The notes under the pieces were generated by a model. That model was not told the origin of the DNA. It did no database searches and worked only from the letters and a program-made list of their open reading frames with translations. A stretch of DNA of 64,000 nucleotides, taken from positions 61,814,001 to 61,878,000 of the forward strand of contig OZ024745.1 in the NCBI GenBank assembly GCA_964016885.1, read 5' to 3'. Positions 15,930 through 29,854 of this stretch are shown here, piece by piece; the stretch's first letter is position 1, and every line of letters starts with the position of its first letter. A program made the translations under genes and the position numbers. The stretch is from Eledone cirrhosa (taxonomy: Eukaryota).

Positions 15930-16475
15930 GTTCTTTTATCTGTCCAATATGTCGGCACCTAAAAGTCCCTTCATCAGGGTTTAAGGAACTTTCAGTGGAT
16001 AATGTTCCAATTTCCTCTCTTTGGGATACAATTTTGATTTTGATTAAAATTCTTTCTAAGTCGTTTTCAAGCGTTTTTTGATGGTTATTTCGCTTTCCGC
16101 GTGAATGACGTCAATTGCCAATATAGTATTGCGAAAAATCTATTTTTTTATGTATGAAATGTTTAGTTTATGTGCTTGTGGGTGTGTCTTTTTATATCAA
16201 GTACTGTGTGCTGATTTCTTATCTATTATTTATTTGCTGGCTGAGTCTACGTATGAGCAAGGCTTCTTTAATTCTTAAGGTGCCCACATTTCTATCACTG
16301 GCTTTAATGGTAACGGTAATATGGGGGTTGATGTTTCTACATTTATCAATGTGCTTTTTGAATGAGGATACGCGTGTGTTGAGGTGTTCTCTAATGCGAG
16401 TGTGGAGTGTTCAAGTCATGCTACCAATGTAGAATTTCTTACAGTTGTTGCATTCAATCCGGTATATATATATGT
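15930..16475 (-). mobile_element. decayed Penelope/Poseidon-type GIY-YIG endonuclease remnant plus 3' UTR
   Basis: Minus strand reads IYRIECNNCKKFYIGSMT*TLHTRIREHLNTR..HIDKC..LRIKEALLIRRLSQQINNR; degenerate CTGATGA motif near 15975. Confidence 0.8.
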
Positions 16476-16587
16476 ATTTGTACTCCTGAAGAAGGCCTAA
16501 AGCCTGACACGTCGAACTTTCTTTCCTCTTTTCATATAAAGCGTGAAACTAGTAAAACGTTTTGTTCCTCAGTTTGCTGTTCCCTTG

Positions 16588-16620
<33 letters not shown>

Positions 16621-16625
<5 letters not shown>

Positions 16626-16961
16626 AAAAAGAGATGAAATCGAAAATGCAACTGGAGTCTTATTTTTTTAAATAATATATATATTTATTTGGTTCCTTTA
16701 CCGGTTTCGCAGTTCTTCTGCTTTTCAAAAGGTGAGTTGAGATGGAGGGTCTGTGGTTTTTCTCACAGACCCTCCATCTCAACTCACATTTTGAAAAGCA
16801 GAAGAACTGCGAAACCGGTAAAGGAACCAAATAAATATATATATTATTTAAAAAAATAAGACTCCAGTTGCATTTTCGATTTCATCTCTTTTTCTTTATA
16901 CTTTCACTCGTGTAGGACACCTCGGTTATTTTTCATTTTGTAAAAAAAACCTCACTTTCTA
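16621..16961. mobile_element. HHR fold-back element with U3-A8 variant core
   Basis: Arms about 16621-16755 and 16764-16899, right extension about 62 nt. HHR 16695-16732(-): CCTT-TTGAAAA-GCAG aagaa CTGC-GAAACCGGT-A-AAGG; copy at 16787-16824(+). Confidence 0.85.
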
Positions 16962-19135
16962 ATATATATATATATATATATTTGTGTAAATATATATATA
17001 AATACATCGTCCTGAACGAAACGACAGGACTAAATAAGCAACGGGGCACGCAAATATAGGGACAGAAGACCGTTAGATAGATGTTTCCCCAAGATGCATA
17101 AGTACTACAGTAAACCTCTAATATACCGCTGCAACAAGAAGAACGAAGCACCGGGTGGAATATGAAAATGAGTCCGAGGGCGAGCAATACAGCCCCAGCA
17201 GAGGTCAACCCACGACAACTACAACTGCAGGACCCCAATAGTTATGTCCCTTAAATCAGCATTTCGGCAAGATAGAAATTCGGGAAATTAGCACCAGTAA
17301 TAAAACATATAATTAATGGACTTGATTTGTTCAACTATATCAATGCAGTGATAGTAAATGAATAACAAATATGTTATACACTATATTCATACTTGTTATA
17401 GTATAGCTACAAAAATGTTATATATTATATACGCTCCCCAAACACACACACAATCACATACGGTTCCAAACAAAACCACATGTAGATATATTACCTTCTG
17501 CATGAATTGAAAATATATAATCAAAAATCATTCATTCGTGTTTACTCGCGTTTATGGATTACATACTATCTTCATAAATCCATTATATACATTTAATAGC
17601 TTCTCAACTAATTTTTTATTCAATATACACTGGCAAATATTACAGCCTATATCTAGCTAGTTTAAACATTGGAGTTGACTTCTGAGTGTTTAGAAGAATG
17701 TTGGTGACATTGAGTTGGCAAAAAGAAGCATTTGATTTTGATGTGCAATTTACTTCACTGAACATAAATGAATATATAAATAAGCAAATAAAGAAAGAAA
17801 GGACATGAATTAAGAATCAACTAAAGAGTTATTTAAAATTCCTATTATAGCCTGTCATAGTGTAACGAAAATATCAACAAAATTTATCAGGCAGTTCCGA
17901 TATTGCAAATACCCCTGAACTTTGATGGAAATTGTTTTTTTTACGTTTCATAGTTCATGCGTCTATTAGATATGAAGAATATCCCATGGAACGAGAGAAA
18001 AACCTTTATGAGGAATGCAAATGTAAATATTAAAAAAATAAATAAATACAAATAAATATTGAAAATGTTTAGTACACAACAGTCACAGAATCATGAAGAA
18101 AGATGGGTAACAAAAGAAAAAAAAAATGAAATACTTCGAACTTCATAAGATTTGAAAACGAAAAGGTAGTTTCGACAATTTTATATGTTGAAAAAAGAAA
18201 AGATCAACTAAATGTTTTGAATGTAATAAAGTCTTTCACTGACCCAGTTTATTTTCATGGAAAACGCACTGTCAGTATGTTTACTTGTTTTTTTCAGCTG
18301 ACAGTTATTTCAACTTCATTCCTTATTTAAGGAATGATTAATATACCAAGAGGGCTACGTATTTACTTGTTTAGCATCTGATTTTGGGGATCAGTAAAAT
18401 TTAATTAAGTTTTATTAATATATCGGGAGAGTGATTAGTGGCATTAACCGTTTTCAAATCTTTGAACACTGATGGGGGAGGGAGTAAGAACTTCTTAAGT
18501 CGGAGATGTATCCCGAAAGTTTGCAACCGGGTGGACTCCCTTTCACCAGTTGGGGATATTGAACAGAGCGACTAATTAAGATTACCATCTATGTCGGCCA
18601 CAGTGGGGTTTAAACTGAGAACACAAATAGCCGGGAGAAATATAGCAAGATCTCTTGTTTGACGTTTTAACGGTTCTGCCTGAAAGAATTGGTTGTCTAT
18701 CGACCTGGACCAGATGAACGACAAAATTAAGATTGGTGAGATATGAAGTTAGATTGCAAGAAATGGAACATTTAATGCCTCTAAAACAATTATATCAAAT
18801 CGCAAAAGATAAGGATATTTTGTACAAAAAATATAATAATCCGTTCACGAAACTGTGTGGAATAAATATTGAATAAAAAATTTCCATGATTTTTTTTCAA
18901 AGTAAAAATTCAAATTTTATTTGTATAATAATTGTATAATAATTTGGCCTTCATCTTAATAGTTAACAGAAAGCAGTGTGTGTAGCTGGAGCTGACTAAA
19001 TCGACTATACAATATTCAAGGGACGAGTTGAATACAGAAAATTAGATTAATTCACAACACATTTTCATCTGTCGAATACACGCATTTCACTGCGGTGTTA
19101 TGTCCGCAGCTCGTCATTCCGACAGCTAACGAAGT

Positions 19136-19366
<231 letters not shown>

Positions 19367-19492
19367 GGTGTGGGATGCTTAAAAAAGCGTCCGTAAGCGG
19401 TATGCCGTTTGAGCACTCGATGCTCTTACAGAGAGCAGAGTATAATATCACACAAGAAACGGAGAGTTTGGAAACTCTGCTTCGTAGAATCG

Positions 19493-19589
19493 AGACATAT
19501 CCGAGGATCTTGTGAATTCAGAGTCATGTTTGATCACTGCATCGATTGTGCCTCGAGCAGGTCGCCAGAGAAACGATTGTAATATGTCT
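19493..19589 (+). ncRNA. hammerhead motif, CCGAGGA core, 62-nt helix II insert, inside a (TA)n-flanked element (19362-19635)
   Basis: AGACATAT-CCGAGGA-TCT..AGA-GAAACGATTGT-A-ATATGTCT; 8-bp helix I. Related deleted copy at about 41684-41860(-). Confidence 0.7.
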
Positions 19590-19632
19590 AATAAATATTA
19601 TTCGTCGCACCACTGATTCTCTGTTCCTTATA

Positions 19633-19677
<45 letters not shown>

Positions 19678-19824
19678 CATAAACGGAGAAAGCTATTAGC
19701 GATACTCCGACCAATTTCCAACTCATTCAACAAACAATAGGAAATACCGGGGTATATTCCCAATTAAATGTTTGGAGTGCTAACTATATTGTATTGTCTG
19801 GGTAATTGGCTGTATTATTTTATA

Positions 19825-20416
19825 CTAGCAGTGGTACCCGGCGTTGCACGGGATAAGATATTGTGAAATATATAACCGCCTTAGCAAAGCTTAGTATTGC
19901 CACAATCATGGCTGGCAAAGGAGTGAGGGTCTGGTGGTACATAAGTAATCAACACTGTGGCTTAAAACGCGAGGAAGAAGTTGTGTGCACTTACCAACTG
20001 TTTGGGGAATGAGTGTGAGATTTGTCTTGAGCAAGGGTGGCAAAATAACCGGAGGCAGCAGACAGCCAGACATACAGACATATATTCTAAGAGCGCGTTC
20101 TGGACGCAGAGCGAATTGTAAGGAATGACGAAATGCAGACAGCCAGGCATACAGACAGATATTATAAGGACGCGACGTTATATGTATGTATCTATCTAAA
20201 AAGAGAAGGACTAAGAATTATAGAGAGAGATCGCTAAATCGCCTAATGCGGTCCCTAGGGCATTGAAAATTTGAAATTCTTTTTGCTCAGAACACTCCCT
20301 GAAACATAAGTATTACATGTGTAAAGTTTGAAAACAGTCGGTTGGGTGCTTCTCTAGTTTTAGGGATTCAAACTCATACACACACAGACAGACATCCTCA
20401 GTTTTATATATATAGA
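19825..20416 (-). mobile_element. non-autonomous Helitron-like element
   Basis: Minus strand begins TCTATATATATAAAA and ends with GC hairpin CCCG tgcaacgc CGGG then TACCACTG-CTAG; inserted between A and T; no TSD. Confidence 0.75.
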
Positions 20417-21054
20417 TGAGATATATTAAAGATCTCATTTCCCAAAGGAATCGTTTCATTGTAAGATTTCTACATTGTGGGTGAAATTATACCAAGATCA
20501 ATGGATTCTTATGCAAGTGGGCTCTTACAAATCTTCAGTGGGTGCCCAATAATATTAATATTAATTACTAAATCAACATCAATATTTAGCGATAATCACC
20601 ACCAGTGCTAGAAGGAGCTGTTAGGTTGTAAGTCCAGCAGTTAGAAAGAAAATCTCACATTTGTATATGTGTGTGTGTAGTGGCTGACTGGCCAAGTTGC
20701 CACGTTGACCGATGGCAAGTGGGCCCCAAGGGGCCCACTGTAGTATTTTAGGGGCCAATGCCTTGCTTTCAAAAAATACCTGAAGTATAAGAGAAAGAGT
20801 AAAATGTTTTGAAAAAAAAAAAAAATTAAGCAAAGCATCTGGTCAACCAATTCGCCAGAGAATTAACAGAAACCAAAATATATGATAGTGCTGATAGCTG
20901 GAATCAGTGGGTGTACATTCCACTAAATCGAAAGCTTAGTGTATTCATTCATACAAGCAAACATACATATATAGACACACACAGACACAAGCATATATAT
21001 ATATATATTATGGAATACTGTTCGCTTCTTGCTACAAGACTTTCTATAATTTTC

Positions 21055-21094
<40 letters not shown>

Positions 21095-21098
<4 letters not shown>

Positions 21099-21962
21099 GA
21101 AAATATAGAAATTAATGTGAGCAAGAAGCCAACATTTCATAATATATAAGTGACTATAACGTCAAAATGGAAAATAATTAACGTAAGATATGGGAAAAAA
21201 ATTCAAACTCAATTTAAAAAAATCAAGACAGATTTTATCCACAGATTTTGTGAAATCCAGGGAAAAAAAACAATAGTGTCTTAACTCAGAATAAAATAAA
21301 GTTTAAATACTTATCCTTCAATTTGGAAAAACTACAAATGCTTTATATAGTCTTAAAAAGACTATTTCACGAAACTTTTCAGTGGGATTAGTCACGGTAG
21401 TGATCGTTCCTCAGTATAGCTCTACGCGATAACCAAAAGTTCCACTGCCAAAATATGCCAAAAAGGGAATTTAAAGGCTGGCTAGTTCACCTCGTGCGGA
21501 ATTATGAAAATAAACACACATGGAGAGACATGGCTGGTGACGTCAGAATGAGACGAATGTCTATTTACAAGAAACAGCAGTCAAAAACATTCCGAAAAAA
21601 CTCTACAAAATGTAAGGAGTTCAGCAAAATAGCAATATTATCGCGGTTTTTAAAAAAAAAAAACCGGGATTAGTCACAAATAATTTTAAGCACTCTAGGA
21701 AAAATTCCGAGTATAAATATAAATGAAAATATAGAAATTAATGTGAGCAAGAAGCCAACAGTATTTCATAATATATAATTGACTATAACGTCAAAATGGA
21801 AAATAATTAACGTAAGATATGAGAAAATAATTCAAACTCAATTAAAAAAAAAATCAAGACAGAGATTTTATCCACAGATTTTGTGAAATCCAGGGAAAAA
21901 AACCAATAGAGTCTTAACTCAGAATAAAATAAAGTTTAAATACTCATCCTTGAATTTGGAAA
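21095..21962. repeat. about 240-bp direct repeat (21095-21330, 21720-21962) with a short inverted copy at about 21010-21058; probable PLE-type partial tandem
   Basis: Direct sequence comparison. Confidence 0.7.
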
Positions 21963-21989
21963 ATGTAATTTTTAATGTTGGTGTAAAGG

Positions 21990-23160
21990 CTTAAAAGGTT
22001 TAATCACAGACCGATCTTTGACTCTTAGTAAAAGACAGCCGAAAAATTTGAAGCAATTACTAACAAAGGCAAAGTTTGACCTTAACAACAAAGACCAATC
22101 ATTGACTGTATCTATATGTAATGATAGTCGATGTGGCACATGTCAATCCATACACACTGGCCAATATATGAACACAAAAACTTGAAAAATATTCCCAAAT
22201 ACAAATATGAACTGCAAAAGCAGAAATCTAATTTACTGCATTAAATGCCAGAATTGTGAAGAAATATATGTCGGTGAAACTGGAAATGCACTATCGGAAC
22301 GTGCATGGGTGCACCGACAGCAAATCAGAGACCCAAATGTCCGTCAGATACCCCTGAGTAACCATCTAGCAACATGTGGTCAGAAAATATTTATAATATT
22401 TCCATTCTACAAATTACACAGCCCAAGTGAAATCCAGAGAAAAATTAAAGAAAAGAATTTTATTGATAAATTCCAACCCAAGTTAACTGAACAATAATAA
22501 TGCTTAGGGGTATTACTCCTACTATGACTACGCCTACGACCATGTCGACCACCACTACTAACAACAACAACAACAATAATAATAATTGTTTTTACTTTTA
22601 AATAATTGTTTCTACTTTTAAATAATTGTTTCTACTTTTAAATAATAATAAAAGTGATGTTGATGGTGATGATTACTGAATATCTTTTATAAAACCCCTA
22701 GAAAATGCTATTTTCATCATTTCTAAAAACAGCAAAACAATTGATGCTTTGGATAGGGTCAAATAGAAGTCGTTAGACATGCTCAACCAGCCGTGACGCC
22801 TAAACCAATCAGCTTTAGTAATCCAGTGAAACTACACACCGATTGGTCGAAATACAGTTTGCAAGACCTAGCCTTCTGTAGCCGTTTTTTACTGTATATA
22901 AGGCACAACATTTGCCCATCTCATTACAGTTGAAAATTGCAAACTTGACTGTCACCACAGGATATGAACCTGAAGATTGCGAAAGCATGAAAGTACTTGT
23001 TCAATTAACACTTAACATTTAATATTCTACCATACTATTTCATTATAATATCATTATACATTTTAAATGATTGTAAATAAAACGAGTAAATCAGACAAAG
23101 TTGTAATTCCTTTTATTAATATAATCTTCTATACACAATCATACACACCCGTATATAATT
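21990..23160 (+). mobile_element. Neptune-like Penelope element 3' fragment: Cys-rich linker, GIY-YIG endonuclease and 3' pLTR with HHR
   Basis: KRQPKNLKQLLTKAKF..CNDSRCGTC..MNCKSRNLIYCIKCQNCEEIYVGETGNALSERAWVHRQQI..HLATC..RKIKEKNFIDKFQPKL (ORF 22207-22497); HHR at 22965-23003. Confidence 0.88.
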
Positions 23161-23257
23161 ATATATATATATATATATATTATACTTACACATAAACTAT
23201 ACATATATGTATGTATATATATGTGTGTATCTGTGTATGTATATATATATATATAAG

Positions 23258-24185
23258 TCGACCTTAAGTAGGGGCAATAACATTAAGAAAGACATAAACG
23301 ACACCACATTGTTTTGAACATTTTAAAAGTAGGTCTATAAGTATGAATTTGCAGGAAGTTTTAGTGGATGTTTCAGTGGACTAGTAGTGGGTACTAGAGA
23401 CGGCGAAGATCCTTGCTTTGGGTTTAATCCTGGTCGAGAGGTACATCAATCTTTTTCAGTTTTAATTTTACATCCCATAGAAAAAAACTGAAAAAGTTTA
23501 CCAGGAACCCATATCAAATATGACAGAGAGAAAGAGACAAAGAGGGGGTACGAAGAAATGAGGTGCAACAGAAATGAAACACGGATTACAGCTTAAAATA
23601 TAGTCTAGACACAAAACGAGAATGTAGTTTATGAAACGCCCAAATGAGTCGACCTTAAGTAGGAGCAATAACATTACGAAAAACATGAATGACAACACAC
23701 AATTTTGTTTTAAAAATTTTGAACGTACGTTTATATGTATGAATTTTCAGTAGATTTTCGTAGCTGTCTCAGTGGACTAGTGGTAGGTACTAGAGAAGCT
23801 GGAGATCCTGGTCTTGGGTTCAATACAGGTCGATGGGTGTATCTAACATTTTCAATTTTTATTTTACATCCTATAGAAAAAAACTGGAAAGGTTTACCAG
23901 TAACCCTTCTTCCGACCATGATTGAAATTAAGACAAGGATCGCCAACATCTACGATTACGCCAACTATGCCGCCGAGACAGCTACAAAAGTGTAATGAAA
24001 ATTAATAATTATAAACATACTTTCAAAATCAAAGTAAAGAAGTTGTGGTGTCGTTCATGGCTTTCCTAGAGCTATTAGTCATATTTAGGGTCGACTGTCA
24101 ATATTCTGGCTCTTTGGTAGCAACCTTATTATTCCTATGTGTGTTTAACTGTTGAATTAATTTAGTTTGATTATTTTAACAAAAA

Positions 24186-24241
<56 letters not shown>

Positions 24242-24862
24242 CCAATCATTGTAAGTTTGAATCTGACATGCAAATATAAATATATATGAATCATAGTAGA
24301 TTCAAATATAACAGAGAGAAAGAGACAAAGAGGCGATGAAAAACTGAGGTGCAACAGAAATGAACCCAACACGGATCACAGCTTAAAATATAGTCTAGAT
24401 AGATGAGAAAGAAAACGAGAATGATTTAGAAATGATTTAGAACTCGACCTTAAGTAGGAGCAATAACATTAAGAAAGACATGAACGACAACACAATTTTG
24501 GTTTGAAAATTTTGAACGTAGGTTTATATATATGAATTTTCAATAGGTTTTCATGGCTGTCTCAGTGGACCAGCGGTAGGAACTAGAGACGGTGGAGCTC
24601 TTGGTCTTGGGTTCAATCCTGGTCGGGAAATGCATGTAATTTTTTTCAGTTTTTATTTTACATCCATAGAAAAAAACTGAAAAGGTTTACCGTGAATCCT
24701 ACTCCCGACCAGGATCGAACTTCAGATCAGGATCACCACCGGATATGATTCCTACAACTAGGCCACCGAGACAGCTACGAACGTGTAATGAAAATTAATA
24801 ATTATAAATCTACTTTCAAAATAAAAGTTAAAAGGATGTGGTGTCGTTCATGGTTTTCCTAG
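23258..24862. repeat. array of about 3 diverged units, two containing opposed tRNA-like (pol III A/B box) segments in inverted arms
   Basis: Units start (G)TCGACCTTAAGTAGG at 23258, 23648 and 24444; B-box GGGTTCAATCC; inverted arms at about 23880-24095 and 24670-24862. Confidence 0.7.
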
Positions 24863-25006
24863 TTATGAATATTTTTAAAATGTTATTTATTCATTATAAA
24901 AATTAAATGATAGCATTCTATTTGTAGGTGGGCTCCCTTCATCTCCTGGCAACCAATATCTTTAGACCCAGTCCTGAACTATGTGTGTGTGTGTAATATA
25001 TATATT

Positions 25007-25095
<89 letters not shown>

Positions 25096-25990
25096 CAGGG
25101 TGCGGACGATATTTGTTCGCAAGATTACTGTCTCGGAAGAAATAACAGTAGTTTTATTTTTAAAGATATATTTATCAAACTTGGGTCAGTTTGTATTCAT
25201 GACTTGTTCTTTCGATCGCACTCGATAACACCCGCCATTGGCTTTGTTGACGACCTCAAGGCGGCCCCGGAACCGTCTACAAGCCTTCGTCACTGTCCCT
25301 CGACTTAGGCCCCTAAAGGCACTTGTGATCCTAGCCTTCAGATCATCTTTCGTATTGCAGCTAGATCTGTTGGTCTCTCGTCCCACTGCGCTCCACACAA
25401 AGAAGTCGAGGGGGTTGCAGTCAGGCGAGCTGCGAGGCCAGATGTCAGGTGATGTGTGGTCGACGAAGTTCTCTGACAGCCAGGCTTGGGTCTTTCGGCT
25501 GGTATGGCAGGGCGCTGAGTCTTGCTGCCACACGTACGGCCTACATGCAGCTATCTGGTCGATCCAGGGCTTTACTACCTCGCCCAGAACGCGGATGTAG
25601 CCATCAGTGTTCAGCTTGAGGCCCTTAGAGAAGTGAGGTGGCATGACGTCACCTTGACTGCTGACGACACCTCAGACCAATGCTGTCGCTGGAAACTCTG
25701 TCTGCATGACTCTGGGCACGTCTATGGATGAGACAGCGAGCCACCTGTTGTTCTGGGAGTTGAACTTCGGGTCTTGGCAGAAGCTTTTCTCGTCGTAGAA
25801 AAATCAGAGCATGTCTGGCTCCAGTGGGTGTTCAACTTGTTGATCAGCTTCTTTGCGTGCTTCAGTCGCTTTTCTTGCATCGCCTTTGACAGAAATTGTC
25901 CTTTCTTCATCTTGTATGAAACGTAGCGAATTGTCCTCCCGTGTCTCTTCCACAAATTTGGAGGTTCAAAATCATTCATAATCAATTATT
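25096..25990 (-). mobile_element. decayed Tc1/mariner DNA transposon, DD37D (maT-like) transposase
   Basis: VWQQDSAPCHTS..WPRSSPDCNPLDFFVWS with 37 residues between the 2nd and 3rd Asp; TA followed by TIR-like CAGGGTG at 25096; frameshifted. Confidence 0.85.
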
Positions 25991-26603
25991 CTGAAAATAA
26001 ATAATGGAAATATAGTGAGTGTTTTTATGAAGAAAAGAGTGACAACGGAAGTAAAAAAATTTGCATAAAATTAGCAGTTGAAAAAGCTAGTGAACTAGAG
26101 CAACAACATAAGTTAAAAGGCCAAACACACTGAGACGATGCTTAAACCATTATCCGCACAGCCATAGAAACGACCAAGTAATTTGAGTCAAACAAATAAA
26201 ATATGATTGAAAATAATACCCGGACCCCTGGATGGTTGGTAATATCCAGTATTGGGTTTCTGCAACTCCTAAATCAAGTACTGTCTGCTTAGACAAATAA
26301 TGTTAAGCTTTTGGTATGATGATCGAACAAGGAAGTCACTATTTAAACAGGCTTTTAGTTCAGTGCCAAGCCAAGGACTGACCGTTATCAAAACCCACGT
26401 GGGGCTTGACAAGGGGGACGACCCTTAGTTTTGGCGGATGAATTCAGTATGTGTGTTATTGCAAAATTGCAAAATATCACAAAACGAATTAACCTCTTAA
26501 CAGAATGGTTTTAAAATTAACAAGAGCTATTAATCAGTCAATAGAATTAACTAAAAAAAATCAAGAAAATTAACTGGTCAATAGCTAGACTCTGGAGATT
26601 AAT

Positions 26604-26638
<35 letters not shown>

Positions 26639-26641
<3 letters not shown>

Positions 26642-26757
26642 AACCAGTAAGACCCCGACGGCTGAGCTTACTGGTTCCTATTACCCACTCTACTACCCTT
26701 AGTATTGAGTACTTTGGTGCGTTATGGTCCACCTGGTTCCTTACCACATTTACTTCG

Positions 26758-26760
<3 letters not shown>
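26639..26760. mobile_element. minimal fold-back element, same family as 38866-39067
   Basis: Short inverted arms GGAACCAGTAAG/CTTACTGGTTCC plus about 80-nt extension, between (TA)n tracts. Confidence 0.7.
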
Positions 26761-26814
<54 letters not shown>

Positions 26815-27481
26815 TAAAAAGGAAAAGAAAATGGTGACAAATTTTTCCCAGTGAAAAATAGTTCAATTAGGAATAAGTATGAATTAGTAATAAGTATTAA
26901 TTTTAAGTTTTTACCGGTTGCCTATTTCTTATGCCTTTCAAAAATAATTTTGAGATAGAGCGCTCGTGATTTTTGCTCTAATCTGATGAGTTTTGGAAAT
27001 TCTTCCTGTTTTATGTGAAAAAAGTGGCTTGTAAGGTATTAAGATTTGGTTGGTTGTTGAATGTCACGTGAATAAGCACTATAAATTTCACGCCAATTCG
27101 TGTTGCAAAAATTCTTGTAGTCAGAACAATTTTGATTGGTCGGTAGAAGTCACGTGAATGTTTAAATTGATTTTAGCGCGAACTCGTTTCGCGCCAAATG
27201 TAGGTTTATCGAAGAGTGTCCTTTTCAGCTTGATTGAGTTGCAGTCATGTTGAGAGGTCACCAGTTCAGGTGTCTATTAAGACAAATATGTGTGTGTGTG
27301 TGTAGCCAAGTAGTTCATTGTTGTGATAATGGAAATGAATCGGTCAGTAGGAATGTGTGTGTACGTGTGTGTGTGTGTGTGTGTGTCGGGGGGGGGGGGG
27401 GGTTATTTTAACATGTTGAAACATATTTTTCAGCTCTTGTCTTATACGGAGAAGTGTGTGTGTGTATGTGTGTGTGTGTAT

Positions 27482-27529
<48 letters not shown>

Positions 27530-27932
27530 CTGTATGTTAGTGTTCGCGTGTGCATGCGCGCGCGCACACGTGTGTGCGGATGGACCAGTATTTTTGTGGT
27601 ACTGGTAAAAATGGCGTACGTTATTCGATATTTTCAGTCATTTGTAAAAACGATTCTCTCAAAAGAACATCAATAACATCAATAATAAAAGAGGTGAAAT
27701 GATGTATAGTATTGTCATAACAACAAGGCGTGTGTGAGTCCACATTGTACGTACTGCAAGAGGAATCCATTAGGCCCTGCCGTATGGGATACTTGTGTAC
27801 AAATACATATATATATATCCAATACTAATAATATAATTAAAGCTACAACTCCACTATCCGGGAGCTTCCAACAGCAATGATTGCATTCTTTAAGGGTATG
27901 TCAATATTTATTTATAAAACTGATCTATATTA

Positions 27933-27997
27933 TATTTTATCTGATGAAAGCACACCATAATTTAACTTGGTGTCCTTGAAATATGTATAATGAAATA
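27933..27997 (+). ncRNA. type I hammerhead motif
   Basis: TATTTTAT-CTGATGA-AAGcACACCA..TGGTGTcCTT-GAAATATGTAT-A-ATGAAATA. Confidence 0.75.
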
Positions 27998-28234
27998 AAT
28001 ATGGTTTTATAAATATAGTTTCCATATGTTAATATCGTATTTTTACTCCAAATATTTGTTGAGTGCTTTATATCAGTTATAAAAATATTTACCTGTTGTA
28101 TCACAACAATTTAAATAGAACTTTTACATATATATATATATATATATATACGTTATTCCGGGTTGAATCGGAGGTAACCACAGTAAGTAAGAATGAAACA
28201 GTTCTAGTCCTGTAGAATCTCATCTATATTAAAA

Positions 28235-28288
<54 letters not shown>

Positions 28289-28330
28289 TAGTATATTTAC
28301 GAACATATGCGTACACTTAGCTGAGAATAG

Positions 28331-28412
28331 ACTCCCTGATGACGTAATGTATTCTCGACAGTTACATTACGTAACTATCTTTATCCCATTACAGAAACTA
28401 ATTAGTTGGAGT
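28331..28412 (+). ncRNA. hammerhead motif with 51-nt helix II
   Basis: ACTCC-CTGATGA-cGTAATG..CATTACa-GAAACTAATTAGT-T-GGAGT; lies in a (TA)n-flanked segment of about 190 bp. Confidence 0.75.
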
Positions 28413-28464
28413 GAAAATTTTAGTAAGTTAATTTTTAACTTTTAAAATTTTCTTATTTTACGTC

Positions 28465-28556
<92 letters not shown>

Positions 28557-28558
<2 letters not shown>

Positions 28559-28865
28559 AAGGCGGGTAAAATTCCCGAGATCCATGGACGAGTTCTCTCC
28601 AGCGGTCTCTGTCCCTCATTATCGCTGCCATATCCTGCATCTCCAACAGACCAGTGTCTGTCCTTAGGGCATCAACATATGTTAACCTTGGTCTTCCTCT
28701 TCTAGTGTGTCCATGTAGGGGCTCCCAAAGGAGCACTGAGTGCAATGTCAACTCTGGATGTCGGTGAGCATGTCCAGCCAACCTCAGTCGCCTCTGTGTC
28801 ACTTTTGAGCTGACTTTTGGGATGCTCCCATACAGCTCTGAGTTTTTCATCCTCAGTGTATACTG
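28557..28865 (-). mobile_element. RTE-clade LINE 3' fragment
   Basis: [45 protein letters not shown]. Confidence 0.85.
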
Positions 28866-28872
28866 ATTAATG

Positions 28873-28922
<50 letters not shown>

Positions 28923-28960
28923 CATATATATATATATACATATATATATATATGTATATA

Positions 28961-29007
<47 letters not shown>

Positions 29008-29040
29008 GTATATATATATATACATACATATATACATATA

Positions 29041-29305
29041 AGAAAATTTTCGAAACAGCGAGCGATTTTGAAATTATAAATGTAAGCTATCGCCGTATTT
29101 TGACTAAAGAAATTAAAGAAAATTATTTAGCCTGATAGTGGGGTTAAGAACCCTCAGAGAAATGGAAAAAGATGAGTAATGACGTACATGTACGTCAATA
29201 CTCATATTTTTCCATTTCTCCGAGGGCTCTTAACCCCACTATCAGGCTAAATAATTTTCTTTAATTTTTTTAGTCAAAATACGGCGATAACTTACATTAT
29301 AATTT
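29041..29305. mobile_element. fold-back element, 5'-truncated relative of the tRNA-headed element at 32597-32967
   Basis: Palindrome centred on GACGTACATGTACGTC; arms match 32644-32745. Confidence 0.8.
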
Positions 29306-29351
29306 ATATATACATATATATATATACATATATATATATATACATATATAT

Positions 29352-29807
29352 GTAGGAGGTGAGTTTTATTGTAGTACAATAAAGCAATGCAGATATCGGA
29401 TAAGAAGCACTCTACAGTTTGTAGGACTGGAGTATACATAATATATAAGATCAACAGATGGTTAAAAGAGTTCCATGTATTTTATTATGCGCATTTCAAA
29501 AACAAATATCATCATAAGTTTTAAATCAACATATGAAAAGTAGTTTTTGATTGATGTGTGATTTTTTCGAAAAAAAAAAAAAAAAAAAAAAATCACACAT
29601 CAATCTAAAACTACTTTTCATATGTTGATTTAAAACTGCACTATTCACAAGTGTTTTTTAACCTTCATATCATGTCTTCCTATTTTATCTGATGAAAATA
29701 CAAATGTTATTGCATGATGATATTTGTTTTTGAAATGAGCATGATAAAATACATGGAACTCTTTTAACCATCTTTTGATCTTATATATTATATATATATA
29801 TATTATA

Positions 29808-29854
<47 letters not shown>

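Noticed and set aside
16483-16515. Hammerhead CTC-CTGAAGA-AGGC..GCCT-GACACGTC
   Set aside because: GAAA is mutated to GACA and helix I is broken; a decayed motif, not called functional.
29129-29165. CTGATAG-hairpin-GAGAAA as a hammerhead
   Set aside because: The core lacks G8/A9 and a proper GAAA-helix III, and it points inward, unlike the other motifs.
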